Origin: a bacterium
Lineage (GTDB): Bacteria > Hinthialibacterota > Hinthialibacteria > Hinthialibacterales > Hinthialibacteraceae
Direction of reading: 5' to 3'
Length of the DNA: 64,000 nt
NCBI GenBank assembly: GCA_963662285.2
Contig: CAXXMV010000006.1
Span: 672,001 to 736,000 of the forward strand
Shown piece after piece: positions 9,299-21,000 of this stretch. Under the pieces are notes generated by a model. That model was not told the DNA's origin. It saw only the letters and a list, made by a program, of their open reading frames with translations, and made no database searches. Position numbers and translations under genes: made by a program. The stretch's first letter is position 1. Every line of letters begins with the position of its first letter.

Positions 9299-11731
9299 AT
9301 GAAATCAATAGCGAAAACAAAAAAAACAAAACAACCCAAACCAAAGAAAACGCCGCGAACCCGGAAACCAGAAAATATGTCGTTGTCCGAGTGGCAAACG
9401 GCGCTACGGAAAGAGTATGGACGCGACCAAGAGTTTCAAATAAAAAATATTGGAAACGAACCCATCTTCTCTGAATTCTTAGTGACCAATCCTCAAAGTG
9501 AAAGAACGTATCGTGTAGCAATCCGGGGGAATCAACCGGGACAGAATTATTGTTCCTGCCCGGACTTCGCCGTTAACTTGCTGGGAACCTGCAAGCATAT
9601 TGAATTCACTCTATCGAAATTAGAACGGAAGCGCGGCGCTACAAAACAATTCCGCGAGGGTTTTATTCCTACCTATTCAGAAATCTATCTGCGTTATGGT
9701 AAGAAACGAGAGGTCTGCTTCATCCCAGGCAGCGATTGTCCCGAAGATTTGCGGAAATATTCTTTCAGATTCTTCAACAAAGAAGGAAAACTTCGCCCCC
9801 ACGCGTATCTGAAATTTCATACATTCTTGAAGAACGCACCTATAAACGGACACGATTTCCGATGCTATGAAGACGCCATCCAGTTCATCGCTCAACTCCG
9901 TGATGACGATCAACGGGAAAAGCGCATTGATCGTGAATACCGTCAGGGAATAACCAGCGCAAAATTCAAGTCACTACTAAAGGTCGATTTGTATCCCTAT
10001 CAGCGAAAAGGAGCACTGTTCGCCGCCAAAGCAGGACGTTGCTTGATCGGGGATGATATGGGATTAGGCAAGACAATCCAGGCCATTGCGGCAACAGAGA
10101 TTCTCGCTCAAACATCAGGCGTTGAAAAAGTGCTCGTTATTTGCCCGACGTCCTTAAAGCACCAATGGAGGCAAGAAATCGATAGATTTACGAAGAGGTC
10201 TTTTGCCGTCGTGGAAGGCTCGATAAAAAAACGCAAAGAGATATACCAAAACGATTCGTTTTACAAAATTGTCAATTATGATGTCATTCACCGCGACCGT
10301 ATTCTTATTAAAGAATGGTCGCCGGATTTGATTGTTCTGGATGAAGCGCAACGCATTAAAAATTGGAACACGCGCAGGGCGCAGAGCGTGAAACGATTGA
10401 AATCAAAATACGCTTTTGTGTTAACCGGTACGCCTTTGGAAAACCGTTTGGAAGAACTGCATTCCATCGTGGAATTTATCGACTGTTTCCGCCTGGGGCC
10501 TCTTTACAACTATTTGGCCGAACACCAGCATACCGACGAGGTTGGGAAAGTTATCGGCTACAAAAATTTATCTAAAATCTCAGAATCCCTCCAGCCGGTA
10601 TTGATACGCCGCACCAAAGGCGAAGTCTTGAAGGAGCTTCCAGAGCGCATCGATAAACATTTCTTTGTGCCTATGACAAAACAACAAAGTGAAATCCATG
10701 AGAGCAGCCAGGAAGCCGTCGCTCAAATTGTACATAAATGGAGAAGACTTGGTTTCCTTACTGATAAAGATCAACGCCGTCTTATGGCGGCGCTGCAATG
10801 TATGCGTATGTCGTGCAACAGCACTTTTCTGATTAACCAACAATCCGATCACGGTACAAAAGCCGATGAGGCGGTTCAATTGTTCGATGAGATTTTAGAA
10901 GATCCCAAGGCAAAAATCGTCGTTTTCAGTCAATGGCTTGGCACCCATCAAATCATCATCAACCGCCTCGAATCGAAACCCTGGCAATATGCATTCTTCC
11001 ACGGATCATTGACAAGTGAGGAACGTGGCAAACTCATCAATAATTTTAAGAACGACCCGGAGTGCCGGATATTCTTTTCAACCGATGTCGGCGGCGTCGG
11101 CTTAAACCTTCAAAATGCATCGGTTGTGATCAATATGGATCAACCCTGGAATCCGGCTGTGCTCGAACAACGGATAGGACGAGTCCACCGTTTGGGGCAA
11201 AAAAGATCTGTGCAAGTTTTCAACTTCGTTGCGGAAGGAACGATTGAACATGGGATGCTGGATGTTTTGAAATTCAAGAAATCCGTTTTCGCCGGAGTTC
11301 TCGATGGCGGTGAGAACGAGGTGTTTCTCGGCGGGACAAAACTCAAAAAATTCATGGATACCGTCGATCAAGTTTCACAAAATATTCCCAGTACGCCGCC
11401 TCCGCAAGAAGAGCAATTTGATGACAGTCATGATGATTTTATATCCGATGAAGACCGCCTCGAAGAAAAGGAACAGTCCGCTCAGAAACCAGTTGGCCAA
11501 GAACAAGATATTTTGACAGATCTTCTTTCGACTGGATTGGACTTCATTAATAAACTCGGACAAACATTAGAAAACTCAAACACTGACAGAGACAATAAAT
11601 TTATTGGCAAGGATGAAAAAACTGGAGAACGTTTTATAAAATTACCCATCCCGGATCAAGACACTGTTAAAAAAATATCCGAGATAGCCGAACCGTTTCT
11701 TGATATCATTCGAAACTGGTCTAGCAAGTAA
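9299..11731 (+). CDS. SWIM zinc finger + SNF2-family helicase
   Basis: CSCPDF...CKH SWIM finger; DDMGLGKT, DEAQ, TGTPLEN, QRIGRVHR. Confidence 0.93.
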   Translation: MKSIAKTKKTKQPKPKKTPRTRKPENMSLSEWQTALRKEYGRDQEFQIKNIGNEPIFSEFLVTNPQSERTYRVAIRGNQPGQNYCSCPDFAVNLLGTCKHIEFTLSKLERKRGATKQFREGFIPTYSEIYLRYGKKREVCFIPGSDCPEDLRKYSFRFFNKEGKLRPHAYLKFHTFLKNAPINGHDFRCYEDAIQFIAQLRDDDQREKRIDREYRQGITSAKFKSLLKVDLYPYQRKGALFAAKAGRCLIGDDMGLGKTIQAIAATEILAQTSGVEKVLVICPTSLKHQWRQEIDRFTKRSFAVVEGSIKKRKEIYQNDSFYKIVNYDVIHRDRILIKEWSPDLIVLDEAQRIKNWNTRRAQSVKRLKSKYAFVLTGTPLENRLEELHSIVEFIDCFRLGPLYNYLAEHQHTDEVGKVIGYKNLSKISESLQPVLIRRTKGEVLKELPERIDKHFFVPMTKQQSEIHESSQEAVAQIVHKWRRLGFLTDKDQRRLMAALQCMRMSCNSTFLINQQSDHGTKADEAVQLFDEILEDPKAKIVVFSQWLGTHQIIINRLESKPWQYAFFHGSLTSEERGKLINNFKNDPECRIFFSTDVGGVGLNLQNASVVINMDQPWNPAVLEQRIGRVHRLGQKRSVQVFNFVAEGTIEHGMLDVLKFKKSVFAGVLDGGENEVFLGGTKLKKFMDTVDQVSQNIPSTPPPQEEQFDDSHDDFISDEDRLEEKEQSAQKPVGQEQDILTDLLSTGLDFINKLGQTLENSNTDRDNKFIGKDEKTGERFIKLPIPDQDTVKKISEIAEPFLDIIRNWSSK

Positions 11732-11781
11732 TTGATCTTAGATTAAATCAATCTCCTCATGGTATACCTCTTTTGCACAGG

Positions 11782-12195
11782 TCAGCCATTTGAAGTGATG
11801 ACAGGAGGGAATGGGGGTATTTTTTCTGTTCGAATATAATCACAGAGAGCAGACACGAGTGTACTGATAGGATTGTATCCTCGTCTTTTGAGTGTGCGAA
11901 AGATGGTCATAAGAACTGATTGAGTCAACGTGAAATGTAAGTGGAAATTGAGGGTGTCCAGAATTTGTGAAATCGTCATTCCCAAAGCGTAATGCCAATA
12001 GGCCGTCAGGCACAGCAATCGATTGCCGATAGCCGCCCTTGGCAAGGCGGTCTCGATTTTGGGTTCAACGTGATTCCGGCAGTGAGGACAATAATCCCGA
12101 TGAATGATATGTTCCGTCACTTCGGGAAAGTGGATGTCCCTAGACAGATGTTGAAATATATCATGGATTCATCTCATACTGTTTTAATTGTTTAA
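11782..12195 (-). pseudogene. Internally deleted IS66-family transposase remnant
   Basis: HRDYCPHC zinc-finger region and YWHY..G are joined directly to the C-terminal QSVLMTIFRTLKRRG.NP segment; the catalytic core is missing. Confidence 0.7.
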
Positions 12196-12421
12196 CAGTA
12201 GCAATAATCGATTTTTCTGAAATCACTCAAATATCGGTAAATATTTCCTCATCAAAAAACAGGTATTCCTGGTCAATTGAACCCGATTGTAAGGATGGTC
12301 TCATGATTCCAAATGTTATCATTTCAGATAATATTGTCAATAGAATTTTCCATCTATACAACCAGTACTCCACTAAAGCACTCTATTAAAATACTTCTTA
12401 GAAAGTTATCATAAAACCACT

Positions 12422-13087
12422 ATGCGTATATATCAGCGGCTCATCATAATACTAATAGGTTTATCTTTCATGTTCTTTTTTAAGTCCCATAATCCCCAGG
12501 AGAAAAAGCCTATTAATATTGATATTCCAAGCAAAACTATCTCTTTTGAAGGAGTTATTTATCCTGATAGGTATAATTCGCGCAAAGACCGGGCTAATGG
12601 TCACCATTTGATTGTATGGTCTGGTGGAGGAAATGCGCGTAAGGCTCTTATAAATACAGAACATCCTGATATAACAATACTTAACGCCCTCACAACAATT
12701 GGCGCCATACCAGGAAATAACCTCACTCCGGAGACATGGACTGATCGGAATGATCCGAATTCCTCTGAACCGGATAAGCGCGTCGAAGGCGATAAAATAT
12801 CCATAACAATCGTTTGGGATGGCGCCTCGCACAATCTTGAAGAATTTCTATTAGATAGCAGCGCAGATGATTTGGAGATACGCTTTGGGGGGCATGCAGA
12901 ATTGATTCCAGTATGGAAATCAGGCTGCATCACCTGTCTTTTCTCCTGTCCGGGAGGTAGAACCAGCAACGCATCATACTCAATCCGCGACCAACATCTC
13001 AATCACAAAACATTCATGGCTGATCAATCAAAACTCCCACCTGATGGAACCCCAGTCTGGATTTATATGAAAATTGCATGCGACTGA
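12422..13087 (+). CDS. YdjY-like domain protein (exported, Cys motif)
   Basis: N-terminal TM/signal; GAIPGNNL and GCITCLFSCPGG.TSN resemble YdjY. Confidence 0.65.
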   Translation: MRIYQRLIIILIGLSFMFFFKSHNPQEKKPINIDIPSKTISFEGVIYPDRYNSRKDRANGHHLIVWSGGGNARKALINTEHPDITILNALTTIGAIPGNNLTPETWTDRNDPNSSEPDKRVEGDKISITIVWDGASHNLEEFLLDSSADDLEIRFGGHAELIPVWKSGCITCLFSCPGGRTSNASYSIRDQHLNHKTFMADQSKLPPDGTPVWIYMKIACD

Positions 13088-13186
13088 TAATATTATAGGA
13101 TAATATTTATATAACTTCGAAAAATGTGATAAAATATACTATACTATTAAGAGTTTGGTATCCAATACATTCTGAATAGGATAATA

Positions 13187-14044
13187 ATGATGTTTAAATC
13201 GCTGCTGCTAGCCGTAGACGCATCACATTACAGTGAAGTTTGCACCCGATATGCGATGGAACACGCCAAACTGCTAGGCGCAAAAATCACCGGTTTGAGC
13301 GTAATTGACCGTAAGGAAATTGCGATCATTTACCCCTATTATTATCCAAGCGCCGATTTCCCACCAGTTTTTGACGAATCTATTCAGGAAAATAATGAAT
13401 TGTTTCAAGAACAAAAGGAACGGGCTGAAGAAATTCTCAGTAAAGTCGAATCAAAGTGCCTGCAGATGGATATTCCCTTTTCCAGGGAAATCCGCGAGGG
13501 TCTGGTTTCAGAAGTGATCCTGGATGAAGCGCAATCATGCGACATGCTGTTCGCTGGCCAGAGGGGGTCGGGAGCGCAATTCAGCACAGGTTTTATAGGT
13601 TCTAATCTGGAAAAAGTTATAAGGCACTCAAGCATGCCAGTTATAATAACTCCACATTCATATAGAACACTGCAAAAAATATTGGTCTGTTTTGACGGAA
13701 GCGAATATGCTTTAAGAGCGCTTCGCGCCGCCGTGCATCTTGCCGTTTCGTGTCCCAAAGGAAGCATTACTTTTAAGCTATTAGTAGTCAATAACAGCGA
13801 AGAAGAAGCACAGATAATTGCCCAAGCCGCCCTTAAATATTTAGACGCCTATCAAATGCACGATATCTTTATTCATCGCACAGGTGATACAGTCAAACAA
13901 ATAATTTCTTGCGTCAAGGAAGAAGATATTGATTTAGTCGCCATTGGCGCCTATGGACAGAGTCGCATCCGTGAATGGGTTTTGGGCAGCACAACAGAAT
14001 CTATTCTTCGTGAGATCAACCGCGCAATTCTGCTGCATCATTAG
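13187..14044 (+). CDS. Tandem-domain universal stress protein
   Basis: LLAVDAS; GQRG...GSNLE; ILVCFDGS; GAYG.SRIRE.VLGSTT. Confidence 0.9.
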   Translation: MMFKSLLLAVDASHYSEVCTRYAMEHAKLLGAKITGLSVIDRKEIAIIYPYYYPSADFPPVFDESIQENNELFQEQKERAEEILSKVESKCLQMDIPFSREIREGLVSEVILDEAQSCDMLFAGQRGSGAQFSTGFIGSNLEKVIRHSSMPVIITPHSYRTLQKILVCFDGSEYALRALRAAVHLAVSCPKGSITFKLLVVNNSEEEAQIIAQAALKYLDAYQMHDIFIHRTGDTVKQIISCVKEEDIDLVAIGAYGQSRIREWVLGSTTESILREINRAILLHH

Positions 14045-14298
14045 AGAGGTTTAATAATTACGTTCCTTATTCGCGTTTCCCAAAACCCCAGTTCTAAAAA
14101 TAAGACTATAACTAGTCTCACCTATAGTTCGGAATATGGATATCACATAAAGCCATGCGAATATCTTACTATTTATTTACAAATATATTATTTATTGCTA
14201 TTATTCATTATATGAATAATCTAGTTAATTAATTACTATATATCTTAACAAGTTAATTATAAAAATTAATAAATTAATAAAACGTAAGGAACAATCAA

Positions 14299-15403
14299 TT
14301 GCCTCCTGTTGCAAAACGCGAAGAACGCTGCCGTACAAATGAACCATGTTTGTGGTGTTCAGCTAATTCGATGAATGTGGAAACCGGTAAAATTGTAAAT
14401 GAAAGCGCCAGCGGCGTTTTACTGGAGACGCAAACAACATTAAAACTGGAAGACCGCATCTGGCTTTTATCGTTTCCCGGAGATGATCCAACCGATCAAG
14501 AATTAACGATCGAAGATATTCAATCTCATCCTTTAAGCCGACTTGGAGTAGTTGTCCGGATTGACAGACAGAGTCAAGTGGGCATTCATTTCGACCAGGA
14601 TGTTAAAGAACATCCTCAATATCAAAGATGGTACCGGGGTGAGAGTTCAATACTGACTCTCTTCGATGGCAAAAAGGCAATTTTCACTTTTTCAGGTCCA
14701 TTGCAAATCGAGACGGCTTCTCTGTTAGGATAGAATTCTTAAACGACTTAATTACCCGTTTAATGATATTATCATCTCATTTCATAATGTCTTTCAGATC
14801 AATAAAACCGCTTTGACAGTATTTCGTTCTGCGCTTCGCCGATACGATACGAACGGCGTTACATTAACCATCATAACAAGCAATGAAGAGTCGCGAATTA
14901 TTGAAAAAGGTTTGGGATTAAAGAACGGTTTCATCGTTAACATTGGTGATTACATAGAACTGGCGGATTCTGGAGATTTGGAAGAGATTGAAATTGGTGA
15001 AATAGAATCGATACAACCTGCTCAGGAAACAGAATTTGAGAAGGATACTACTGATTACCCATGGAGTTTCCGGATTACACCGCCTGACCAAACCATTGGA
15101 GCGCCTGGACATTGAAACATTGCAAACTCAAAATTTCAGAGAGGCTGCGGAATTGATCGCATACAATCCGATCAGACTGGTTGTAATAGATTTTGATATT
15201 GAACATTGTTCGTCATTAATAGAAATCAACATGATCCGAAATTGAATCCAAAAAAAATTCCCCCGGCTTTGATAATTGGTCCACAGCATTTAGGTGAATT
15301 AGTAAAAGCGGCGTTGGCTTTGCCAGTAAAAATTTATATTACCAAGCCATCCACTGATAGAGAATATACTCAAGCCCTGCAAAGTATATTAAACCAAGCT
15401 TAA
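14299..15403 (+). pseudogene. PilZ + STAS-like + receiver-like protein, broken by three frameshifts
   Basis: REERCR and NESASG PilZ motifs. Four consecutive overlapping ORFs are joinable by single-base shifts near 14729, 15040 and 15240. Confidence 0.65.
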
Positions 15404-15469
15404 AATAGAATAGTTAACATAACAACGTTCTTATTCGCGTAATAAACAAGCATTTTTTTGAGAACCGCA

Positions 15470-15589
15470 CTAGTAGTATGACAGTTTCTTTTGTCAGGTA
15501 GGGTTCTGTGATTCCCCCTCACCCTAGCCCTCTCCCGGAGGGAGAGGGGACTTTGTTAGCCCAACATTATGAGTTGGTCATAGTACTAG
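15470..15589. mobile_element. MITE-like element bounded by CTAG and enclosing a REP-like hairpin
   Basis: CTAG at 15470 and 15586; imperfect IRs TAGTATGAC.../TACTATGAC...; the right half recurs at 51621-51695. Confidence 0.55.
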
Positions 15590-15613
15590 CAACATATGAA
15601 AATTTGAAGAAAA

Positions 15614-16723
15614 ATGATAGAGACGACAACGACGGAAAGCGGAGAGTATCTGTTCTCCATGTAAGCGGCGAACCGGAAAGTGACGATTATCGAACACTGG
15701 TGCAGGAGTGGCTAAAATCGCCAGCGAAACGCCGCATCATATCGCTGTAGACTTGGGGAGTTTAATAACATTCCAATTTTTTACTATACCTCTCATACAA
15801 TTAGTAATGCCTCCAGGTCGCTCGGTAAAAGTTACTAATCGTCAATATTGAATCAAATTTTAAATTCATTCTTAAAGTCGCCAAAATCGATCACTTATTT
15901 GAGATTCACAATTCCATAGATTCCTTGAAAGAAGATTTTCCTGCCCGGAATAAAGAAGCAATAGATAACTATGGTGAATTGCCGGTAATTTTCCGACGTA
16001 TTGCAGAAAGAAAACGCCAAACATGAATAGCCCGAAACTAATATTATCTTTTCAGAAAAATCTGATACCGGATTTGAACAATGGTTTGATACTGCGTTGG
16101 CATCATTAGAAGAGATTCGCAAAACAGAAGCGAACTCCTTCATTGAACTACCCATTGAGAGACATGGACGGAACGGGATATTTTCTGACAATCCTCCCAT
16201 AGATGACCTGGATGTAGTATTACAACGGCTTATAAAATCAGATTCACCTCTGGGTTCCGTCCTCATTCCTGTCAGTATGGATCAACCAGAGGAGAATATA
16301 GGAATAGAAATTTCCGCAATTGATGGGTGGGCCGATCTGGCTTCTTATGCAGGCATTGAATTGGCGCGGTTCACTATTATCTCTCTGGATACATTGGATA
16401 AAGAGTATGTTCAGGAAGCTCTATCAGTCACAATCGGATATATGAATGAACAAGAGATTACTGTTACGCTCTCTTCATCAGGTGATGACAGCATATTGTC
16501 AAGCATTGTTGAACAACAGAGAAAGATACCTGATCGCAAATGCGGCTTGAATAGAACCATAGGTTTACAGGATGTGGATTCGTTCAATTCCCTGCCTATC
16601 ACTGAAACTGTATCGATCCGTCTGCCCGGATCATTTTCCGCTCAAACTGTGCTGGATAATTTCAGCAAAATTCGTGCTATCCTGAAAAATCCTGTTCATG
16701 CAATTGTGTATGAAATTGAATAG
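15614..16723 (+). pseudogene. Multiply frameshifted gene, N-terminal part STAS (anti-anti-sigma)-like
   Basis: Fragments VSVLHVSGE and LLIVNIESNFKFILKVAKIDHLFEI lie in different frames; intact C-terminal ORF 16097..16723. Confidence 0.45.
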
Positions 16724-16838
16724 GCAACTCAATCAAGGGCAGAAAATACACTGCCCTTGGCACCCGCCTTGATTATACAACATGCGATTTTATATGAGCG
16801 TCTCTGGGATTACTCAATTACCTTTATTGTGTTTTATA

Positions 16839-17981
16839 TCAAGTAGAGACTGCCTGGAGTATTACTTGCAACGCGTTTTCGATGCGGTGCGGGTAGGTGT
16901 GATCTCTCAAAACTCTGGCGCGTCCTTGCTTGATAATCTGACGGCGCTCGTTGGGGAATTCTAAATAATAGGCAATCTTGTTTCTCAAATCCTCTATAGA
17001 ACTCAAAAAATAGCCTCCTTACCCGGATCGAAGAACCGTCCCGCAGCAGGAACCCAGTCGGATAGCAGAAAACCATCCGCCACTGGTGCATTGAAATCAC
17101 GCTGATTTAAGCTACCCCGGCATTGTATGCTATGAATATTCAAGTTGACCTTGGAAGAGGCAAACACTGAAGGCAGTTCATTAATGGGATCAACCGGACC
17201 ATAAAAACGCTCCAGTAGTGGGGAACCTTGCAGCAGAAATTGCCCAATCCTGATTACCGTAAATCCGTAAATCAAAATCCTGCAACGCTTCCAATACTTG
17301 AATCCGACGGCGATTATTGGCTTCCCAATAAAGGTAATGGGCGACGGTCGCATTGATGTTAATCTGTTTGCCCGGTTCGATAGGATTCTCTTCAGCGATT
17401 TGAAAGAAATTTTTGTCACGATTTTCCAATTGCAAATCAACTAACCGGTCGATATAAGACTGCATTTGCGTCGGTAATTGCGCTCTACGTTTGGATTGAT
17501 CAATCACTCCACCGACGAAAGATACATCACAAGCAAAACGTGCATCAAACGATCCTGCTGAATTTATATCACAGGCTAAAGGCAGGCAACCGCAGGCATG
17601 AGGATTATGCTTTGTGATAAAATCCAGATAGGTATCATCAAAACTGAAAACAAATTCATTCGCTTCAAAAGGCCGGTCAATATAAAAATGGGGATCATCC
17701 AGATACCAGACCCATTTTTTCGCGTCATGAGGACATTGGTTATCGGGGATTTCAAGATATTCGTATAATTGTGAAGCGGATTGATTAATCAATAGTATCC
17801 AATCAGGCTTATTTTCCAACAGGTGGCGGCGTAGTAGTGGTTTAGATGCCGGCTCCAATAGCGGAGCGCTGGCCATCCAGGTTTGCCAGCCATGAGTTTG
17901 CAGTTGCTGGAAGACGCGTCTTTTGAAAAGCCCGAATCCCCGGTCTTCACCATCGGAATATGTCCAAATTGATTTCGCCAT
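16839..17981 (-). CDS. CgeB-family glycosyltransferase, two single-base frameshifts
   Basis: WYLDDPH, DVSFVG, NLNIHS...LNQRDF, DHTY. Removing one base at 17243-17245 and adding one to the run at 17005-17010 restores a continuous paralogue of 30799..32637. Confidence 0.82.
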
Positions 17982-18096
17982 GTCGCACTTTCTGATATTT
18001 ATTCGATTCTGACTTGGTTATCAGCCGGGATTTGTTATACTTAAATTCTGAATTACTTTAATGAATGACGCCAAACATTAAACCTAGGGGCAATCT

Positions 18097-21000
18097 GTGA
18101 CCAAGTATATTCTCTCTACTATCCGTTTTTTATCCTCTACTAAACTAGCTGTTGTTCTTCTTGTCGGTTTAACCATTATATTAAGCATCGCTACTTTTTA
18201 TGAATCAAGCACCAGCGCATCCGACGCCCAACGCTTATTCTATAAATCTTTCTGGTTTAATATCCTTTTATTTCTACTCGGATTAAACGTATTATGCTCT
18301 GCTTTAATCCGTTGGCCATGGAAGAAACAGCAGATTGGATTTGTTATAACCCATTTAGGGATTATTCTAATTCTAATCGGTGCAGTGATTACCAGCACTA
18401 CCGGCATCGAAGGCCAACTAGCGCTGATTGAAGGCCAAACTGGCGATTCGATAACCATTCCTGAATCCGTTTTTACTGTAAAAGCGCCACGTTTGAAAGT
18501 CCAACAGGATTTTGATCCCTGGTTTTTAGAGTCACCTATTCCCGACGGGAAAGAGATTTTATTTAACGTCGATCAAACTGCTATCAACTGTTACATCACC
18601 AGATTACTGTTTAATCCAAGAGTAATCGAGCATGTCACCGAAAATGGCCATGTCGATAATCCGGCCGTTCAAATCAAGTTTCACCATTCAGGACAATCAA
18701 TGTCAGAGGCGCATGAGTGGCTATTGGCCAATTCAGCGCAACGCAACCAGTTGAATTTAGGAGCGGGTTCTATAGTATTCAAACGCATCCAATCTCAAGC
18801 AGAGATGCAATCCATACTTGATTCAACCAAGGCGCCGACCAACCAGTTTACCATTCTGCTCAATGAATCCAATCAACTATCTTACATATCATTCGATTCA
18901 TCGGGTAATGCCAAAAACAATCAAATAACTCTTGAAAAGATTATTGAAACGCCCTGGCCATCACTTAAAATTTCAGTGGAGAAGTTATATCCCAAAGCGC
19001 AAATAAGTCAGGAACTGATAGACGCCGATGATCAGATGGGGGGTGGGCATCCTCTTCCTTTAGCGCAAGCCCGAATTGAATACCAAGGACAATCGCAACA
19101 ACTGAACATTTTCTATAACAGGCCAGAGACAATTACTATCGCCGGTGAAACAGTAGAAATTGAGTTTGGCCAAAAACAGGTTCCACTAGGTTTTTCTATT
19201 CAGCTGATTGACTTCCAAGCGCCCCGGTATCCGGGAACCAACCGCCCTTCGCGTTTTCAAAGCCAGGTCAAGCTGATAGATAAATCTCAAGGAATTAATG
19301 AAGAACGTTTGATATATATGAATAATCCTTTGGCATACAATGGCTTTCTGGTATATCAATCCAGTTATGAGGAAGGTGTTAATGGCAGGCCGGATACTTC
19401 TATATTCAGCGTAGCGCTGGCGCCGGGAACGCCATTGGTTTACCTGGGTTCCTTTGTACTATGCTGCGGAATGGCTTTTATGTTCTTTAGAAAAATGAAG
19501 AGAAAACAAGAAAATATATTAACCAACCAAGGGCAAGGAGTAGGCTCTATCGTGAGACGCAGTCTTCTGCTCTTAGGATTGATGGCAATTATCATTCCTA
19601 CGGTTCAAGCAGTTGAAGTTCCCAAGAACCTTAATTACGACATTGTCCGCAGCATCCCCATTCTCGAAGGCGGACGCTATAAACCGCTCGGTACATTCGC
19701 TGGCGAATCGATGCAGGAGATCACCGGACGTTGGAAATTCAATAAGACTGATCCCATGGCGTATCTATGCGCCATGATGATTTCGCAGGAATGGTATAAC
19801 GAACCACTTATCAAGATTAATTATCATGCGCTCAAAGAGATGTTGGGCTACAAACCTGAGCGAACCCATTTCTCATATAAAGAGTTGGTATCCAATCAGC
19901 AATTCATGGATTTGGTCGAACGGATTCGGCAGCGCATGATGATGCATACTGAACTGACCCGTTTGGAAACTGAACTGACCATAGTTTATAACAAACTGGA
20001 ACTGTTTGATCAGATTCAAACCGGCGAAGCCTTAACAATCGTACCAGCGACAGGCGATGATGAAGAAAAGCCCTGGCTGCCAATTATTAAACCGTCGGAT
20101 TACCCGCAAGAGACGCAGCAGGAATTACATACAGTTTTTGTACATCTACTGGATGCCGCCAAAGCTGATGACGCGGCCATGTTCAATAAGTATGGATTAG
20201 AATTAAAGAATATCCTGGCTGGATTGAACAACGAACTTTACCCTCCAATCATAGATATAGAGCGTGAAGTGGTTTATAACAGTTCCCGGCCTTTTCTTAA
20301 ATCATGGATTTTTTATCTGCTCTCATTTCTAATGTTCCTGGCGTCGTTTTATTTTATGAAATCCAGGCCGCTTTATTGGGGCGCTATGGCCGTCTGCCTG
20401 ATCGGCTTCAGTTATAACACCTGGGGACTGATATTCCGGGGTATGATTGCGCACCGGGCGCCGGTCTCTAATATGTATGAATCGGTGATATTCGTCGGTT
20501 GGGGGATATTGCTGTTCGCTTTGATCTATGAATTGATATACCGCGCCAGATGGTTCGGCGCCCCGGCGTCGTTGCTGGGAGTATGCACCTTGATCCTGGC
20601 CGATATCCTGCCCTTTGATCCTAATATCGAACCACTGCAACCAGTGCTGCGCAGCAACTACTGGCTGATAACCCATGTTCTGACTATCACCCTGAGTTAC
20701 AGCGCCTTCTTGCTGGCTATGGGATTAGCGCACATAAATCTCGCCGTCTATTTCTACATTCCCAACCGTAAGGATTTACTCAATAATTTGAGTTTGTTCC
20801 TATACCGCATCCTGCAAGCGGGAGTAATTCTACTCGCCGCAGGGACGCTGCTGGGCGGGGTATGGGCGGCTGAATCCTGGGGGCGCTTTTGGGGTTGGGA
20901 CCCTAAAGAGACCTGGGCATTGATATCACTATTAGGATATATGGCAATCCTGCACGCCCGCTTTACTGACTGGATCGCGGATTATGGAACCGCGGTTTGC

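Noticed and set aside
15508-15750. ORF beginning MIPPHPSPLPEGEG
   Set aside because: The N-terminus is a translation of the REP hairpin; only the distal part belongs to the broken STAS-like gene.
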